Shown here piece by piece: positions 48,494-59,728 of a stretch of 64,000 nt of DNA (within the stretch, counting starts at the first letter, position 1; every line of letters starts with the position of its first letter). The DNA lies in NCBI GenBank assembly GCA_050309605.1, contig JBNRMN010000052.1:3794-67793 (forward strand), written 5' to 3'. Both the position numbers and the translations under genes were made by a program. A model generated the notes under the pieces. That model did not search any database. It had not been told where the DNA came from and worked only from the letters and a program-made list of their open reading frames with translations. The stretch comes from Anaerohalosphaeraceae bacterium. GTDB taxonomy: Bacteria; Planctomycetota; Phycisphaerae; Sedimentisphaerales; Anaerohalosphaeraceae.

Positions 48494-49654
48494 TTATTCA
48501 AGCGACACCCGCGGATCCACCCAGGCATAGCAAATATCCGTCAGCAAGGTAAAAAAGATAATCAGCAGCGACATGATATAGGTCATTGCATTAAGCACAA
48601 AAAAGTCCCGCGAGTTGATCGCCTGAATCATCAAATCGCCCAATCCCGGAATCCCGAAAAACCGCTCCAGCAGCAGCGAGCCGAGAATCAGATACGGAAT
48701 GGACAGCACGACATTGGTGATAATCGGGATCATGGCGTTTTTCAGGACATGCTTAAACAATACCGTACGCGTCGAAAGCCCCTTGGCAAAGGCCGTGCGG
48801 ACATAATCACAACGCATCTCATCCAGCATCACCGTGCGGTAAAACCGTAAATTGGCCCCCAGACCGGCCGCAATGCCGATCAGCGCCGGCAGCGCCACGC
48901 TGACCCAAATCGAACGGTCGGGCACAAAAAAGATCGGGAACCAGTCCAACTGATACGCAAAGAAATACTGACCGAAAATAATAAAGCTCAGATAGGGTAT
49001 GCTCATCCCCGCCACACATATCACCACCACCGTCACGTCCCAGGCCGAGCCGCGGACGAACGCCACCACCAGCGCCAGCGTAATCGAAATCGCCAGCGTC
49101 CCGGCAAACATCGGTGCCGTCAGCGCCAGCGACGGCCCCACCCCCCACAGAATACGATCGGAAATCAGTTCACGGTTCAAATCGTAGCCGAAATTAAATG
49201 TCAGTGCCCGCGTAAAGTGATTGAAAAATTGACTGTCAAAATCCAGCATTTTCCAGGATCGCCCCCATCGGACGCTGCCGAGACGTTCTTTGAACAGATC
49301 CGACAGCCAGAGGCCTTTGGCTTTTTGCTCAAGCTCAAACTCACTTAATGGACCAACGGCAGCGGATTCGGCATCTTCCAGACGGGCCGCTTCGGCCGCG
49401 CGCGCCGTCTCAAGATAAGCCGCTTTGTTGGACTGCCAGTCGTCTTCTTCCAGCGGCTCCAATCCGACAAACAGCGGCTTGTCCAAGCCGTATTCATGGC
49501 GAATCTCGGCAATGGTCTCGGCATCGGCATCACGACCGGCTATCTGATAGGAAATGTCGCCCCCGAGCAGCGTAAACAGCACAAACGTCAGCAACAACAC
49601 CCCGAACACTATCGGAATCGTATAAAGCAGTCGTCGTATAATAAAGGCCGTCAT
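48494..49654 (-). CDS. ABC transporter permease (OppB/DppB-like) with an enlarged first periplasmic loop
   Basis: Seen: the N-terminal FIIRRLLYTIPIVFGV and the EAA loop DYVRTAFAKGLSTRTVLFKHVLKNA. About 70 extra residues follow the first TM helix. Confidence 0.85.
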   Translation of the reverse strand: MTAFIIRRLLYTIPIVFGVLLLTFVLFTLLGGDISYQIAGRDADAETIAEIRHEYGLDKPLFVGLEPLEEDDWQSNKAAYLETARAAEAARLEDAESAAVGPLSEFELEQKAKGLWLSDLFKERLGSVRWGRSWKMLDFDSQFFNHFTRALTFNFGYDLNRELISDRILWGVGPSLALTAPMFAGTLAISITLALVVAFVRGSAWDVTVVVICVAGMSIPYLSFIIFGQYFFAYQLDWFPIFFVPDRSIWVSVALPALIGIAAGLGANLRFYRTVMLDEMRCDYVRTAFAKGLSTRTVLFKHVLKNAMIPIITNVVLSIPYLILGSLLLERFFGIPGLGDLMIQAINSRDFFVLNAMTYIMSLLIIFFTLLTDICYAWVDPRVSLE

Positions 49655-49660
49655 AGCGTC

Positions 49661-51478
49661 TTATCTTCGTTTCAATTCCGTCAACAAATCCCTGTAGGCA
49701 TCGCGCTGTTCCTTGTCGATCCGCCGATATTTCAATACATTATACGAAAACACATGCGGCTTGTAATTTTTATACCACCCATGACAAAGCGCATACGAAA
49801 CGCGATGGGAGGTAAACGCCGCCGGATAGTCGTCCATCACCATCCGTTCCATCCGTCGGTACAGTTCCGTTCGCTCCGGGCTGTCGAACATCACCTGAGC
49901 CTGCTCAAGCAGTGTATCATATTCCGGATTGGAATAAAAAAACTTATTTCCGCCGGGAGCAAAATATTTTGATCCAAACAGTTCCAGAAAATCGATCGCG
50001 TCCGGCATCCCGGCACTGACGCCGCTGGCAAACAACTGCAAATGGCCGTTATTCATTTCCGACAGATAGGTCGGCCAGTCCATATAATCAACATTCAGGC
50101 GAAGCCCGATCCGAGAGATGTATTTCTGCAAAAACTGGCCGTACTGACGGGAAAAATTGTCCGTCCCCGGCATGCCCAGCTTCAGCGGCCCAATAGGGCC
50201 GTCGTGAATGCGTTCGGCCTCTTTGAGCAGTTCAGCCGCTTCGGCCGGATCATAACGCGAAAACCCGTACTCGGCGATATTGGGATCATAGGAATTTAAC
50301 CCCGGCGAGACAAACCCATGGGCAACCTCAAATCGCCCGTTGAACAGCAAATCAATCATGGCCTGACGATCAATCGCACGCGAAATGGCCATACGCAGCG
50401 GCTTGTTCGCCCCCAGAACCGGATCTCTGAGATTAAAGCCCATCCAAAACGTGGACGGATCGACATAGGTTTCCAGCCGGATGTTGCGCTGAATCATTTC
50501 CTCGGTCAGTTCCCCGCCGCCGACGCCGATGGCCTCGTCAAAATTATCCTTGGGAATACCCGAAAAATCCAGCTCGCCCCGCATAAACAGCAGCCAGCGC
50601 GGCTGATCTTCTTCAATCACGCGAAAGATAATCCGGTCGGCAAAGGGAAGCGGTTGGCCCGCATCATCCAGCAAGCCGGCCTCCGCATCGCCCGATTCCC
50701 CCTCGGACGGATACACCTGCCCCCGCCAGTTGGCGTTGCGCACCAGTTCGACATAGCTGCCGCGACGCCAGGCCTTGAGCCGATACGGACCGGTCCCCAC
50801 GGGACGATTGCGAATCTGAGCACGATAATAATCGACCGCCTCATGCGGTACCGGCGCTGCGGAGACATCCGAAAGCATGGATTCGACCAACTGCGGCCAG
50901 GGACGAATCAGTTTGATTTGCAGGGTATAATCGTCCAGTGCCCGAAGCCCTTCGACCTCATAGCTGTAATCAACGGCCCATTCATCGGGAAACTGCTTGG
51001 TGTAGTCGCGAAAGGCATCAAGCCCGACGACGCGATCATTCCATGAGGGCCAGTTTTGACTGCGATATTTGACGTTGGCAATGCGTTTCAGGGCGTACAC
51101 AAAATCGTGCGCCGTCACGTGGCGCCCTTTGCCCTCCGGAAAACACGGGTCGTCCTGGTATTGAATCCCTTGCTTGATGCGAATGGTATAAGTCAGCTTA
51201 TCCTCACTGATGTCCGGCATACCGTCAGCCAGCAGCGGAATAATCTCATACGGCCGCTTCAAGTAATGGTACTCATACAGCGGTTCATAGATATTGCCCG
51301 CGACCGTCATTCCATAAACGTCGCGCAAATTGCCGCTGTCCAGCGTCTGAACTTTCGTAACCAGCGACAAATGAAGCACGCTCTGGTCGTCGTCGTGCGG
51401 GGTTCTGTGCCATCCGCAGCCGTAAAACGCCGTACAGACAATCAGCCATACGGCCAAAAGCTTAAACGTCAGCAGCAT
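49661..51478 (-). CDS. ABC transporter substrate-binding protein, family 5 (OppA/DppA-like), copy 2
   Basis: SBP_bac_5 pattern, paralogous to 51510-53351 (shared PCFP.G.GR..TAHDFV.A.KRIANVK and WPQLV). I placed the start at M24 (51478) to remove overlap with the upstream gene. Confidence 0.85.
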   Translation of the reverse strand: MLLTFKLLAVWLIVCTAFYGCGWHRTPHDDDQSVLHLSLVTKVQTLDSGNLRDVYGMTVAGNIYEPLYEYHYLKRPYEIIPLLADGMPDISEDKLTYTIRIKQGIQYQDDPCFPEGKGRHVTAHDFVYALKRIANVKYRSQNWPSWNDRVVGLDAFRDYTKQFPDEWAVDYSYEVEGLRALDDYTLQIKLIRPWPQLVESMLSDVSAAPVPHEAVDYYRAQIRNRPVGTGPYRLKAWRRGSYVELVRNANWRGQVYPSEGESGDAEAGLLDDAGQPLPFADRIIFRVIEEDQPRWLLFMRGELDFSGIPKDNFDEAIGVGGGELTEEMIQRNIRLETYVDPSTFWMGFNLRDPVLGANKPLRMAISRAIDRQAMIDLLFNGRFEVAHGFVSPGLNSYDPNIAEYGFSRYDPAEAAELLKEAERIHDGPIGPLKLGMPGTDNFSRQYGQFLQKYISRIGLRLNVDYMDWPTYLSEMNNGHLQLFASGVSAGMPDAIDFLELFGSKYFAPGGNKFFYSNPEYDTLLEQAQVMFDSPERTELYRRMERMVMDDYPAAFTSHRVSYALCHGWYKNYKPHVFSYNVLKYRRIDKEQRDAYRDLLTELKRR

Positions 51479-51509
51479 TGCCGACGCCGAAAAGCACCGC
51501 CCTGGCAAG

Positions 51510-53351
51510 TTATCGAAATGTCTTCTTGTAACGTTCACGCTTGTCATTGTCCACTTGGAAAAATTTCGTCAGACCCATTCCGTTCGTATCGGGTCGATAG
51601 GAGTTCGGCACAATGTTTTCCACCCAGTCATGATGCAGCAGATACGAGATGCGATGATAGACATACGCCGCCGGCAAATCATGGACGACAATCCGCTGCG
51701 CCCGGTGATACAATGCGGTTCGTTCCGGACTGTCCGGCATCACGGAAATCTGCTCATAAATCGCGTCAAATTCAGGATTGCTGTATTGGGTGCTGTTGGG
51801 CCAGGGCGAATTCTTACTGTAATACACCTGCATAAAATTTTCCGCATCGGGATAATCGGCGATCCATCCGGAAAAAAACATCTGATGGCTGCCGTTGCGC
51901 ATCCGCTCCAAAAACGTCGGCCAGTCGAACATCTCCAGTTCCACCGTCAAGCCGATCTGAGCCATACAGCTCTGCAAAAACTGCCCCATCTGGCGAATCG
52001 TCGCGTCGGTGCCGCCCATCGCCAAACGCAACCGTCCCAACGGACCGCCGTGGATCCGCTCGGCCTCCTGTAAATACGTCTTAGCGCGGGCCAAATCCCG
52101 CTGCGATGAAGAAATGTCTTCAATCGTCGGATCATACCCCTGCATCACCGGCGGAATATAGCCGTGTGCGACCCTGCCGCGACCGTTCAAAAACAATTCG
52201 ATAAATCGCTCCCGGTCGATGCTGTAACTAATCGCTTTGCGCAGCGCAAGATTGCCGCCCACTGTCCTGTCGGACATCGTGAAGCCGACCCAAAAGGTAT
52301 TCGGCTCATCAAAGGTCCTCAATTGAATGTTTCGCTCTTTCATCATCTCGGTCATCTCGACGCCCATCGAAATCACCTGGCCGAAATTGTCTTTGGGAAT
52401 ACTGTTAATATCCAGCTCGCCCCGAATAAACAGCAGCCAGCGCGGCTGGTCTTCAATGATGACCCGCCAGAAGACGCGATCAATATAAGGCAGACGCCGG
52501 GATGTCCCGTCCTGCTCTGATACAATCCAGTGATAATTCGGATTTCGCTCGGCTTCGATAAAACTGCCCCGCCGCCATCGAACCAGACGGTACGCCCCGG
52601 TTCCGACGGGATTGGAGCCGATACGCTTGCCGTAATACGCAGCCGCTTCACGCGCGATCGGCGCGGTGGCGGTATATTGAAGCCACATCACCAACTGCGG
52701 CCAGGGACGCACCAGTCGCACCACCAGCATATAATCATCCTCGGCGTACAGCCCCTCCACGTGCCGGTTGTAATCGACCTGATCCGGCTCGCATTGCTTG
52801 GTGTATTCGCGAAACGCATCCAAACCGACGATCCGCCCGTCAAATATCCACCAGCTTTTACTTCGGTTTTTGACGTTGGCGATGCGCTTCCAGGCAAACA
52901 CAAAATCGTGCGCCGTCAGTTCTCGCCCTTGACCGTCCGGAAAACAGGGATTGTCGTGAAAATAGACCCCCTTGCGGACGGGAATGTGGTAAACCAAACC
53001 GTCTTCGCTGATCTGAGGCATATCCGCCGCCAACAGGGGAACCATCCGATACGGACGTTCGGTGTAATCATAATCGTATAAACACTCAAAAATATCCCCC
53101 GCAACGGCATGGGTGACCGCATCCCCCATTTCCGCCGGATCCAGCGTCTGAATACTTTCGCGCAACCGATGATAAATTATCATTTCATCCGTACTGTGCG
53201 GACTTGTGCGGTCACAGCCAAATACAATCATCGCCGCGCCCAAGCTGCACACCCAAGCACCCAGCATCCGAAAAACACGATGCTTCGTGTCGGTAGATTC
53301 TGTAGAGCGGCCTGTTCTGCCGTTATGCTGTCGTACCGTCTTCTTGCTCAT
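51510..53351 (-). CDS. ABC transporter substrate-binding protein, family 5 (OppA/DppA-like), copy 1
   Basis: SBP_bac_5 pattern with a signal/lipoprotein-like N-terminus (VCSLGAAMIVFGC). Confidence 0.85.
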   Translation of the reverse strand: MSKKTVRQHNGRTGRSTESTDTKHRVFRMLGAWVCSLGAAMIVFGCDRTSPHSTDEMIIYHRLRESIQTLDPAEMGDAVTHAVAGDIFECLYDYDYTERPYRMVPLLAADMPQISEDGLVYHIPVRKGVYFHDNPCFPDGQGRELTAHDFVFAWKRIANVKNRSKSWWIFDGRIVGLDAFREYTKQCEPDQVDYNRHVEGLYAEDDYMLVVRLVRPWPQLVMWLQYTATAPIAREAAAYYGKRIGSNPVGTGAYRLVRWRRGSFIEAERNPNYHWIVSEQDGTSRRLPYIDRVFWRVIIEDQPRWLLFIRGELDINSIPKDNFGQVISMGVEMTEMMKERNIQLRTFDEPNTFWVGFTMSDRTVGGNLALRKAISYSIDRERFIELFLNGRGRVAHGYIPPVMQGYDPTIEDISSSQRDLARAKTYLQEAERIHGGPLGRLRLAMGGTDATIRQMGQFLQSCMAQIGLTVELEMFDWPTFLERMRNGSHQMFFSGWIADYPDAENFMQVYYSKNSPWPNSTQYSNPEFDAIYEQISVMPDSPERTALYHRAQRIVVHDLPAAYVYHRISYLLHHDWVENIVPNSYRPDTNGMGLTKFFQVDNDKRERYKKTFR

Positions 53352-53366
53352 CGGTCAAGCCGATAC

Positions 53367-54476
53367 TCACCTCGCCGGCGGAGGGGGTAACTGGGGCGGA
53401 GTATGCCTGGGGCGCCCCGCGTCGGTTTGTCCATAATTAAACTTCAAACGTGTGGCCAGATGGCCCGGCCCCATATCACTGCCAAAATAGGCCTCAAATT
53501 CGCGATCCAGACCCGATCCGCCGCGCTGAAGAATGCGGATAAACGGGGTTTGCTGCTCCATAATACGGGTTAATACCTGACTGTCCACTTCAGCAATTAC
53601 AGTGGCCACTGCATTGCGCTGATCCTCGGTCAAGGGACTCGGATCGGCCATATAACGCTGGAAAACCAGCGACAACAGCTCCGCAAAACGACGCGCCATC
53701 GCCGCACGCGCCTCGGATTCCCGTTGATCCAAAATAAGCTGACCCATCGACCGGAGCAATATGGCATCGAACTGCTCGTCATGGACGTTCCAGCTCAGAT
53801 AGGCGTCAATCCGGCGCTGCGCAACAGCCATCAGAATATCGCGGGCCGTCTCATGGTTGACCATGGCCGCAAAGGTAACAATCGTTCGCAGAATTTGCGT
53901 ATCCGACTCGTTAGAGACACGCTCACGCAGCGCGTCCAGAATCCTTTCCGTCAGGACTTCATCCCCGATAGACGGATCAGTAAGCTGAACCGCAACCCCC
54001 GAACCGGCCACGCACTTGACCGCCCAATAGCGAAGCACTCCGTCAGGATCATCCAAACGCTCCAGGCCGAACTCTGCAAGCAGAGGGCTGTGCAGTTGAG
54101 CCGTCAGAATCATTAAATTCCGTCGCATCAGCGTCTTTTTCTCGGACGGCTCCCAACGCCCGACCGTCTCAAACGCCTGCTGCAAATGCTGCCGGCCGAT
54201 CTGCACATAACCGGCCGCGTACAGGCTGAGCGGCTCGCTGCCTTTTTCCTGCTGGATCTGACGGCGAATCGCTACAATCTGATCAGATTCCTCAGCCAGC
54301 AGCATGGCATCCAGGGCTATACGCCAAAAATCATTGACAACCGCACGATCCGAATCGCTCATCTGGCCGCCGCTGCTGACCAGCCGCTCACGAACGCTCG
54401 CGATTCTGTCGGTCGGAACCACCGCATATACCGCCGTGATTGCGCAGACCAAGAAAAAGACTATTGTTTGCTTCAT
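53367..54476 (-). CDS. Secreted all-helical hypothetical protein (possibly HEAT/ARM-like), first gene of the ABC operon
   Basis: It has a signal peptide (MKQTIVFFLVCAITAVYA), helix-rich low-complexity repeats and a Pro-rich C-terminus. I recognise no family. Confidence 0.55.
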   Translation of the reverse strand: MKQTIVFFLVCAITAVYAVVPTDRIASVRERLVSSGGQMSDSDRAVVNDFWRIALDAMLLAEESDQIVAIRRQIQQEKGSEPLSLYAAGYVQIGRQHLQQAFETVGRWEPSEKKTLMRRNLMILTAQLHSPLLAEFGLERLDDPDGVLRYWAVKCVAGSGVAVQLTDPSIGDEVLTERILDALRERVSNESDTQILRTIVTFAAMVNHETARDILMAVAQRRIDAYLSWNVHDEQFDAILLRSMGQLILDQRESEARAAMARRFAELLSLVFQRYMADPSPLTEDQRNAVATVIAEVDSQVLTRIMEQQTPFIRILQRGGSGLDREFEAYFGSDMGPGHLATRLKFNYGQTDAGRPRHTPPQLPPPPAR

Positions 54477-54845
54477 TATCCCGCCACTTCAAAATAAATA
54501 GATCTTCTACATCGACTATCGGTTCAGCCAAATGCAAAACGTTTACCGCACAAGAAGATACCCCCCTGTCCGAGGCCTGTCAAGGTAATTCATTTGTATT
54601 ATAGTGCGTCATTCGACCAATTTGAAGCCTCGTCGGTACATATAGAGTCCGATAAAAAAAGTCTGTCATTTTTTTATCGCTTTATGAAGCTTTCTTGCCA
54701 GACGACGGTTATTATGACTTCGAAATCCGCCGAAAAAATGGTATAAATAATTTACGGCGAACTTTTCAAAATTCAGAACAGTAGATTTCTTATAACGATA
54801 TTTTTACTCTGAAAAACGCCATAATCGCACATATATGATCGTATC

Positions 54846-55919
54846 ATGACAACGCCTTGGATAAAGACGCGAAACGGACATTTCAGGACCGTGGTGTGGT
54901 CAGTCGCGGCGGTGCTGTTATCACTGGTCGCCCTGACGGAAGTCATCGCCAACGGCGCTGACGCTGCACCTGCTGCCGATCAACAACAGGCGCCATCAGC
55001 CGAAAAAGAAGAGCAAAAAGACCCCAATGCACCAATACCACCCCCTGCTCACCGCGATAACGCCCCATCCGATCCCAACCAGCCGCCGGCCAACGGCCGC
55101 ATTGAGAACGAAAAAGAAGAAGATGATGACGACGACTCAATGTTTCCCGATGCGGAAGATATGGTCGAGCTGTTTGAGCTTTTTAGTCGAATATTCAATG
55201 ATCAATACATCTCCGAGACCGGCTTTGTGGATTACGCCACGCTTCGTCGCAAACGGGCCGATCTGATCAAGGCATCCAATCTGCTCGAAAAGCTGCACCC
55301 GGCGGTGTTGATGAGCCTGGATCGAGAGCAGCGAGTCGCCTTTTGGATCAATACCTACAATACCTGCACGCTGAAATTGATTATCGATAACTACCCCATT
55401 CAGCCCAAGTGGTATATGATTCTGTATCCAAGCAACAGCATTATGCAGATTCCGGGGGCTGCAACGAAGGTCTTTTTTCGAATTATGGGGCTGGAGTATA
55501 ACCTGAAAGAAATGCGCAATGACTTGCTTTTGGATCGGTACAGGGACCCGCGGATCTGTTTTGCGTTGACCGAGGCAGCGCGCGGCGGCGCTATCCTGCG
55601 CAATGAACCGTATCTGCCTGACAAACTTGAAGAGCAGCTGGACGACCAGGTCCATCGCTTTCTCGATTCACCGCAAGGCCTGCGGATCGACCGACAGAAT
55701 AACGTGCTCCATCTGTCTCATGTCTTTTCGATGAATAAAAAGGTGTTTCTTGAATCGGAATACGCCGAAATTCTCCGTTTTCGTGCTCGAAAACCCGAAG
55801 AACGGGCCTGGCTCAATTTTCTGTCCAAATACCTGCCCCAAGAGGATGCCCAGTGGCTGGACGCCAACGATCCGGCGATCCGCTTTATTGACTTTGACTG
55901 GAACCTCAATGAAAAATAA
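54846..55919 (+). CDS. DUF547 domain protein with an acidic, Pro-rich low-complexity N-terminal region
   Basis: Seen: a TM/signal anchor, the acidic stretch [18 protein letters not shown], and a DUF547-like core ([25 protein letters not shown]). Confidence 0.65.
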   Translation: MTTPWIKTRNGHFRTVVWSVAAVLLSLVALTEVIANGADAAPAADQQQAPSAEKEEQKDPNAPIPPPAHRDNAPSDPNQPPANGRIENEKEEDDDDDSMFPDAEDMVELFELFSRIFNDQYISETGFVDYATLRRKRADLIKASNLLEKLHPAVLMSLDREQRVAFWINTYNTCTLKLIIDNYPIQPKWYMILYPSNSIMQIPGAATKVFFRIMGLEYNLKEMRNDLLLDRYRDPRICFALTEAARGGAILRNEPYLPDKLEEQLDDQVHRFLDSPQGLRIDRQNNVLHLSHVFSMNKKVFLESEYAEILRFRARKPEERAWLNFLSKYLPQEDAQWLDANDPAIRFIDFDWNLNEK

Positions 55920-55970
55920 CCATCTCACCCGCTGCGCCCTGTGAATTCCCATTTTCTGTATGCTTTTTGT

Positions 55971-55999
55971 TTGACCCCATGAACTGCCGCGGTTATAGT
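55971..55999 (+). promoter_or_regulatory. Sigma70-like promoter upstream of metK
   Basis: TTGACC (55971-55976), a 17-nt spacer, then TATAGT (55994-55999). This leaves a leader of only ~40 nt. Confidence 0.45.
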
Positions 56000-56047
56000 T
56001 TATCATTTATTTTTATTGACGCATATAACCTTTGGGAGTCCAGACAA

Positions 56048-57253
56048 ATGGCGCAAAAGAAAGTTACAGAAAATGGTCGTTTTCATGGTCGCGGCCACTT
56101 GTTTACCAGTGAATCGGTCACCATGGGACATCCGGACAAAGTCGCCGACCAAATATCCGACGCCATCCTGGATGCCATGTTGGAACAGGACCCGGACAGC
56201 CGAGTGGCCTGCGAAACGCTGGTTGCCACCGGAATGGCCGTCATTGCCGGCGAAGTCACCACCAAGGCCGTCGTCAATATTGCCGATGTGGTCCGCACAA
56301 CCATCAAAGAAATCGGTTACACCAATCCGCAAATCGGGTTTGACGCCGAGAATTGCGCCGTGATCGTCGCCCTGGGCAAGCAAAGCCCCGACATCTCACA
56401 AGGCGTTACCGAAGGTCAGGGCCTGCACAAAGAACAAGGCGCCGGCGACCAGGGACTCATGTTCGGCTTTGCCTGCCGGGAAACACCCGCCCTGATGCCA
56501 ATGCCGATTTATCTGGCGCACAAAATTACCAATCGACTGGCATCCATGCGGCAAAACGGCAAGCTGCCCTGGCTCAGGCCGGACGGCAAGAGCCAGGTCA
56601 CAGTCGAATACGGCGACAACGGCAAACCCAAACGCATTCACACTGTCGTTGTCTCCACACAGCACGCCGAAGATATCTCTTATCGCGAGATAAAAAAACA
56701 GATCATTGAAAACATTATCCTGCCCGTGCTGCCGGCCAAACTAGTCGATAAACAATTGATCGTTCACGTCAACCCCACCGGACGATTCGTGACCGGAGGC
56801 CCCAAAGGCGACTGCGGCCTGACCGGACGCAAAATTATCGTCGATACCTACGGCGGACGCGGCAGCCACGGCGGCGGCGCCTTCAGCGGAAAAGACCCCT
56901 CCAAGGTCGATCGCTCGGCCAGTTATATGGCTCGCTACATCGCCAAAAACATCGTCGCAGCCGGGCTTGCCGATGCCTGCGAAGTGCAGCTTTCTTATGC
57001 CATCGGCGTTGCAGAGCCGATCAGCGTATTGGTTGATACCGAAGGAACCGGAAAAATCGACGAGATCGAAATTGAACAGTTGGTGCGCAAGCTTTTCCCG
57101 TTGACGCCCAAGGGAATGATCAATCATCTCAAACTCAAACGTCCTATTTACAAAGAAACCGCCCGCAACGGCCACTTCGGGCGCAACTACAGGGATTTTA
57201 CGTGGGAACAGACCGACATGGCCGACAAACTTCGCAAAGCCGCCGGACTGTAA
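56048..57253 (+). CDS. metK: S-adenosylmethionine synthase
   Basis: Seen: [37 protein letters not shown] and [17 protein letters not shown] placed the start at the ATG at 56048 (MAQKK...). Confidence 0.97.
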   Translation: MAQKKVTENGRFHGRGHLFTSESVTMGHPDKVADQISDAILDAMLEQDPDSRVACETLVATGMAVIAGEVTTKAVVNIADVVRTTIKEIGYTNPQIGFDAENCAVIVALGKQSPDISQGVTEGQGLHKEQGAGDQGLMFGFACRETPALMPMPIYLAHKITNRLASMRQNGKLPWLRPDGKSQVTVEYGDNGKPKRIHTVVVSTQHAEDISYREIKKQIIENIILPVLPAKLVDKQLIVHVNPTGRFVTGGPKGDCGLTGRKIIVDTYGGRGSHGGGAFSGKDPSKVDRSASYMARYIAKNIVAAGLADACEVQLSYAIGVAEPISVLVDTEGTGKIDEIEIEQLVRKLFPLTPKGMINHLKLKRPIYKETARNGHFGRNYRDFTWEQTDMADKLRKAAGL

Positions 57254-57278
57254 ATTAGAGGCTTTGCAGCCGACGCGA

Positions 57279-58667
57279 TCAGAACGTCCCGTCAAAGATG
57301 GCTTTTGCGATATCGTTAATGGCTTGGCGCGTCGTGGCATTGCCGCCCTGCGTCAAGATGCTAAAGACAATATCGCCGCGCGGGGTTCGACAAATCCCTG
57401 AAAATGTGCGAACGCCGGCGATATAGCCGGTCTTGCCGTAGATGTGCCCGCGATACGGGGCCTGTTGAAAATACCGGGCAAGCGTGCCGTCGTTTCCGGC
57501 CTCAGCCAGCGTGGCCAGATACCGCTCGGCATACGGTTTTTTCAGCATGTCCTCAAGAACGGCGACAAGGACTTGACACGAAAGACGATTCTTGCGACTC
57601 AGGCCGCTGCCGTCGTCGAGTTCAAACTGATCGCTGTCCACGCCGAGCAGATTCAAATAGCGACCAACCAGCATCAGCCCGTGCGGCCATTCGCCATTGA
57701 TGCGCCCCTGTGTGTTCTCCGCGGAAATGGTTTTGATCAGGCTCTCGGCGGCCAGGTTCAGACTGTCCTTGTTGCAGCGGTCAAGCACATCCCAGACAGG
57801 CGTGGAAAAGGTGTGCAGCCGCTTTAAATCCGCTTCCTGCCGAACATATTTTTTCACAATCCTGCCGTTGACGGCAATACCGGCCGAGCGAAGATAGCCA
57901 ACAAGCAGATGGGCAAATAACCCGGCCGGCTGCTCAACGGCCGCATCAAAACCCGCGGATTGATTAAGATTGCCGCGGATGGAGAGCCGATTGGGCGTCG
58001 TCGTACGATAGCCCCCGATGGCGCTGTTGCCGCTGTTGATCAATCGAAGCTGATTGATCAGCGTCACATAATCGTTGTCCGGCTCCATTCGCAGCACCGC
58101 CCTGCCGTTTTGCCGCGTCGCCGTGATCCGCACACAGTTGCGATTGTAGTTCAGTCCACTGACTTCGCAGGCGTACGCCTGATTGAGCTGATCAGCCGGC
58201 CACGACGGATGCACACGATTCAAATCGAAGAAAAAACTGTCGATCACAATATCCTGGAGACGGTCAACACCGCGATCGGCCAGAATTCGAACGATTTCCC
58301 CAAAAATCCAGTCCTGACCGCGGCCATATCGCCGATCAATCAACGAATCACCCAATACCGGATCGCCGCCGCCGATAATGACGAGACTGTCGCCCAGCAA
58401 GGCAACGTGTGTTTGAAATTCGTAATCCGGGCCGAGATAATGCAGCACCGCAGCCGAAGTGGCCAGTTTCATATTCGACGCGGGAATCATCGTCTTTTCG
58501 GCGTTTCGACGATACAGCGTCGTGCCGTCCTCGGCCCGCAACGCCAGAATCGCAAACTCGGCCGTTCGTTGATTGGATCGGCTGATGATTTGCGAAATCG
58601 TGTCCGCTCTTGCCGGCCACTGCACCACCGACAACACAATGAGACCATAGATAAAAAAGGGTTTCAT
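57279..58667 (-). CDS. dacB: D-alanyl-D-alanine carboxypeptidase/endopeptidase (PBP4, peptidase S13)
   Basis: Seen: the SxxK motif IPASNMKL, SGN, the KTG motif YGKTGY, and a signal peptide. Confidence 0.85.
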   Translation of the reverse strand: MKPFFIYGLIVLSVVQWPARADTISQIISRSNQRTAEFAILALRAEDGTTLYRRNAEKTMIPASNMKLATSAAVLHYLGPDYEFQTHVALLGDSLVIIGGGDPVLGDSLIDRRYGRGQDWIFGEIVRILADRGVDRLQDIVIDSFFFDLNRVHPSWPADQLNQAYACEVSGLNYNRNCVRITATRQNGRAVLRMEPDNDYVTLINQLRLINSGNSAIGGYRTTTPNRLSIRGNLNQSAGFDAAVEQPAGLFAHLLVGYLRSAGIAVNGRIVKKYVRQEADLKRLHTFSTPVWDVLDRCNKDSLNLAAESLIKTISAENTQGRINGEWPHGLMLVGRYLNLLGVDSDQFELDDGSGLSRKNRLSCQVLVAVLEDMLKKPYAERYLATLAEAGNDGTLARYFQQAPYRGHIYGKTGYIAGVRTFSGICRTPRGDIVFSILTQGGNATTRQAINDIAKAIFDGTF

Positions 58668-58864
58668 AATGCCGTGTTATTTAACACAATCCGTACACCG
58701 TTTCAAGGGGCAACAACCCGTAAAATGGAAAATCATAACCCACGCGGCACACTCCACTGTACACGCTCTGAACCAGATCGCATGGCTTGTTGCCTTTGAA
58801 AAGGGCAAACTGGCCAAAAGGCAAAACGCGATGACGGCCCGTGAACGATGGCCAAAAAGAAATG

Positions 58865-59308
58865 TTAACAACCGCCCAAAACAGGCACCTCAAGATCCGC
58901 CAGGAACCGGCAGATATGTTGGATGGACTCAATAAATTTTTCGTATTCAATCGGCTTGACAACGTATAGACTGCATCCGAGTTGCTGACATTGCTCCACA
59001 GCCTGACGATCTCCGGTGGTGGTCAAAACCACGATGGGGATTTTTCGAAGTGTGTCATCGGATTTCAGCCGCCTCAGGACATCCAGACCATCGACTTTAG
59101 GCATTCGAATATCCAGCAGCAACAGCATCGGACGACGGTAATTGTCCGATTCCGGCGACTTGGCATCCTCAAGAAAGTCCAGTATTTCCTGGCCGTCATT
59201 GAAACGTAAAATCGTATTGAGCATACCGCTGCGAATCAGATTCCGCTCAATCAAGGCAAAATGCCCGTCGTCGTCCTCGGCAACAAGAATCAAAGCATCC
59301 TTATTCAT
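58865..59308 (-). CDS. Stand-alone response regulator receiver (CheY-like)
   Basis: Seen: the acidic pocket ILVAEDDD, the phospho-acceptor LLLLDIRMPKVDG, and VVLTT...VVKP. Confidence 0.9.
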   Translation of the reverse strand: MNKDALILVAEDDDGHFALIERNLIRSGMLNTILRFNDGQEILDFLEDAKSPESDNYRRPMLLLLDIRMPKVDGLDVLRRLKSDDTLRKIPIVVLTTTGDRQAVEQCQQLGCSLYVVKPIEYEKFIESIQHICRFLADLEVPVLGGC

Positions 59309-59588
59309 CGTAGCAGCCCGCCAACCCTTGTTGATTCGCTCTACTCGATGCGAAAAATTAGTTAAATTAAACTTAATACAAGTCGCAACTTATGTCAATG
59401 TTTTTATAAAAAAACAAAAACAGCCCATACCTGATCTTAATATAAATATATACGCCGCTCACGCAACCGCCAAAAACCAACATCCGACAAAGAAAATTCT
59501 GACTTTATGTAACTATCATAATATTAATAACTTACGTCAAAATCCTGTACCGGAAAAAAAAGTCTTGTTATTCTTGGCCGGGTGATTA

Positions 59589-59617
59589 TTGACAGCCCCG
59601 CGTTCGCCTGCTATATT
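59589..59617 (+). promoter_or_regulatory. Near-consensus sigma70-like promoter of the pyrK-pyrD leader
   Basis: TTGACA (59589-59594), exactly 17 nt of spacer, then TATATT (59612-59617). Confidence 0.5.
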
Positions 59618-59684
59618 GGTTACTGAAAAGATGGACAGTAGATTTTTGAGGTGAGAACTTGACGGCTTTCTTTGCCGTGGCGGG

Positions 59685-59728
59685 CTTCCGGAATATCAGT
59701 GGATGAATGTTCCGGAAGCTTTATTTTT
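59685..59728 (+). terminator. Intrinsic terminator-like hairpin inside the pyrK 5' leader (candidate attenuator)
   Basis: CTTCCGGAA (59685-59693), a 16-nt loop, then TTCCGGAAG (59710-59718), followed by CTTTATTTTT. It lies 28 nt upstream of the pyrK ATG and downstream of the promoter at 59589. Confidence 0.55.

Noticed and set aside
55920-56047. SAM riboswitch upstream of metK
   Set aside because: The predicted promoter leaves only a ~40-nt leader, and no SAM-I/II/V-like conserved helices or junction sequences are visible.
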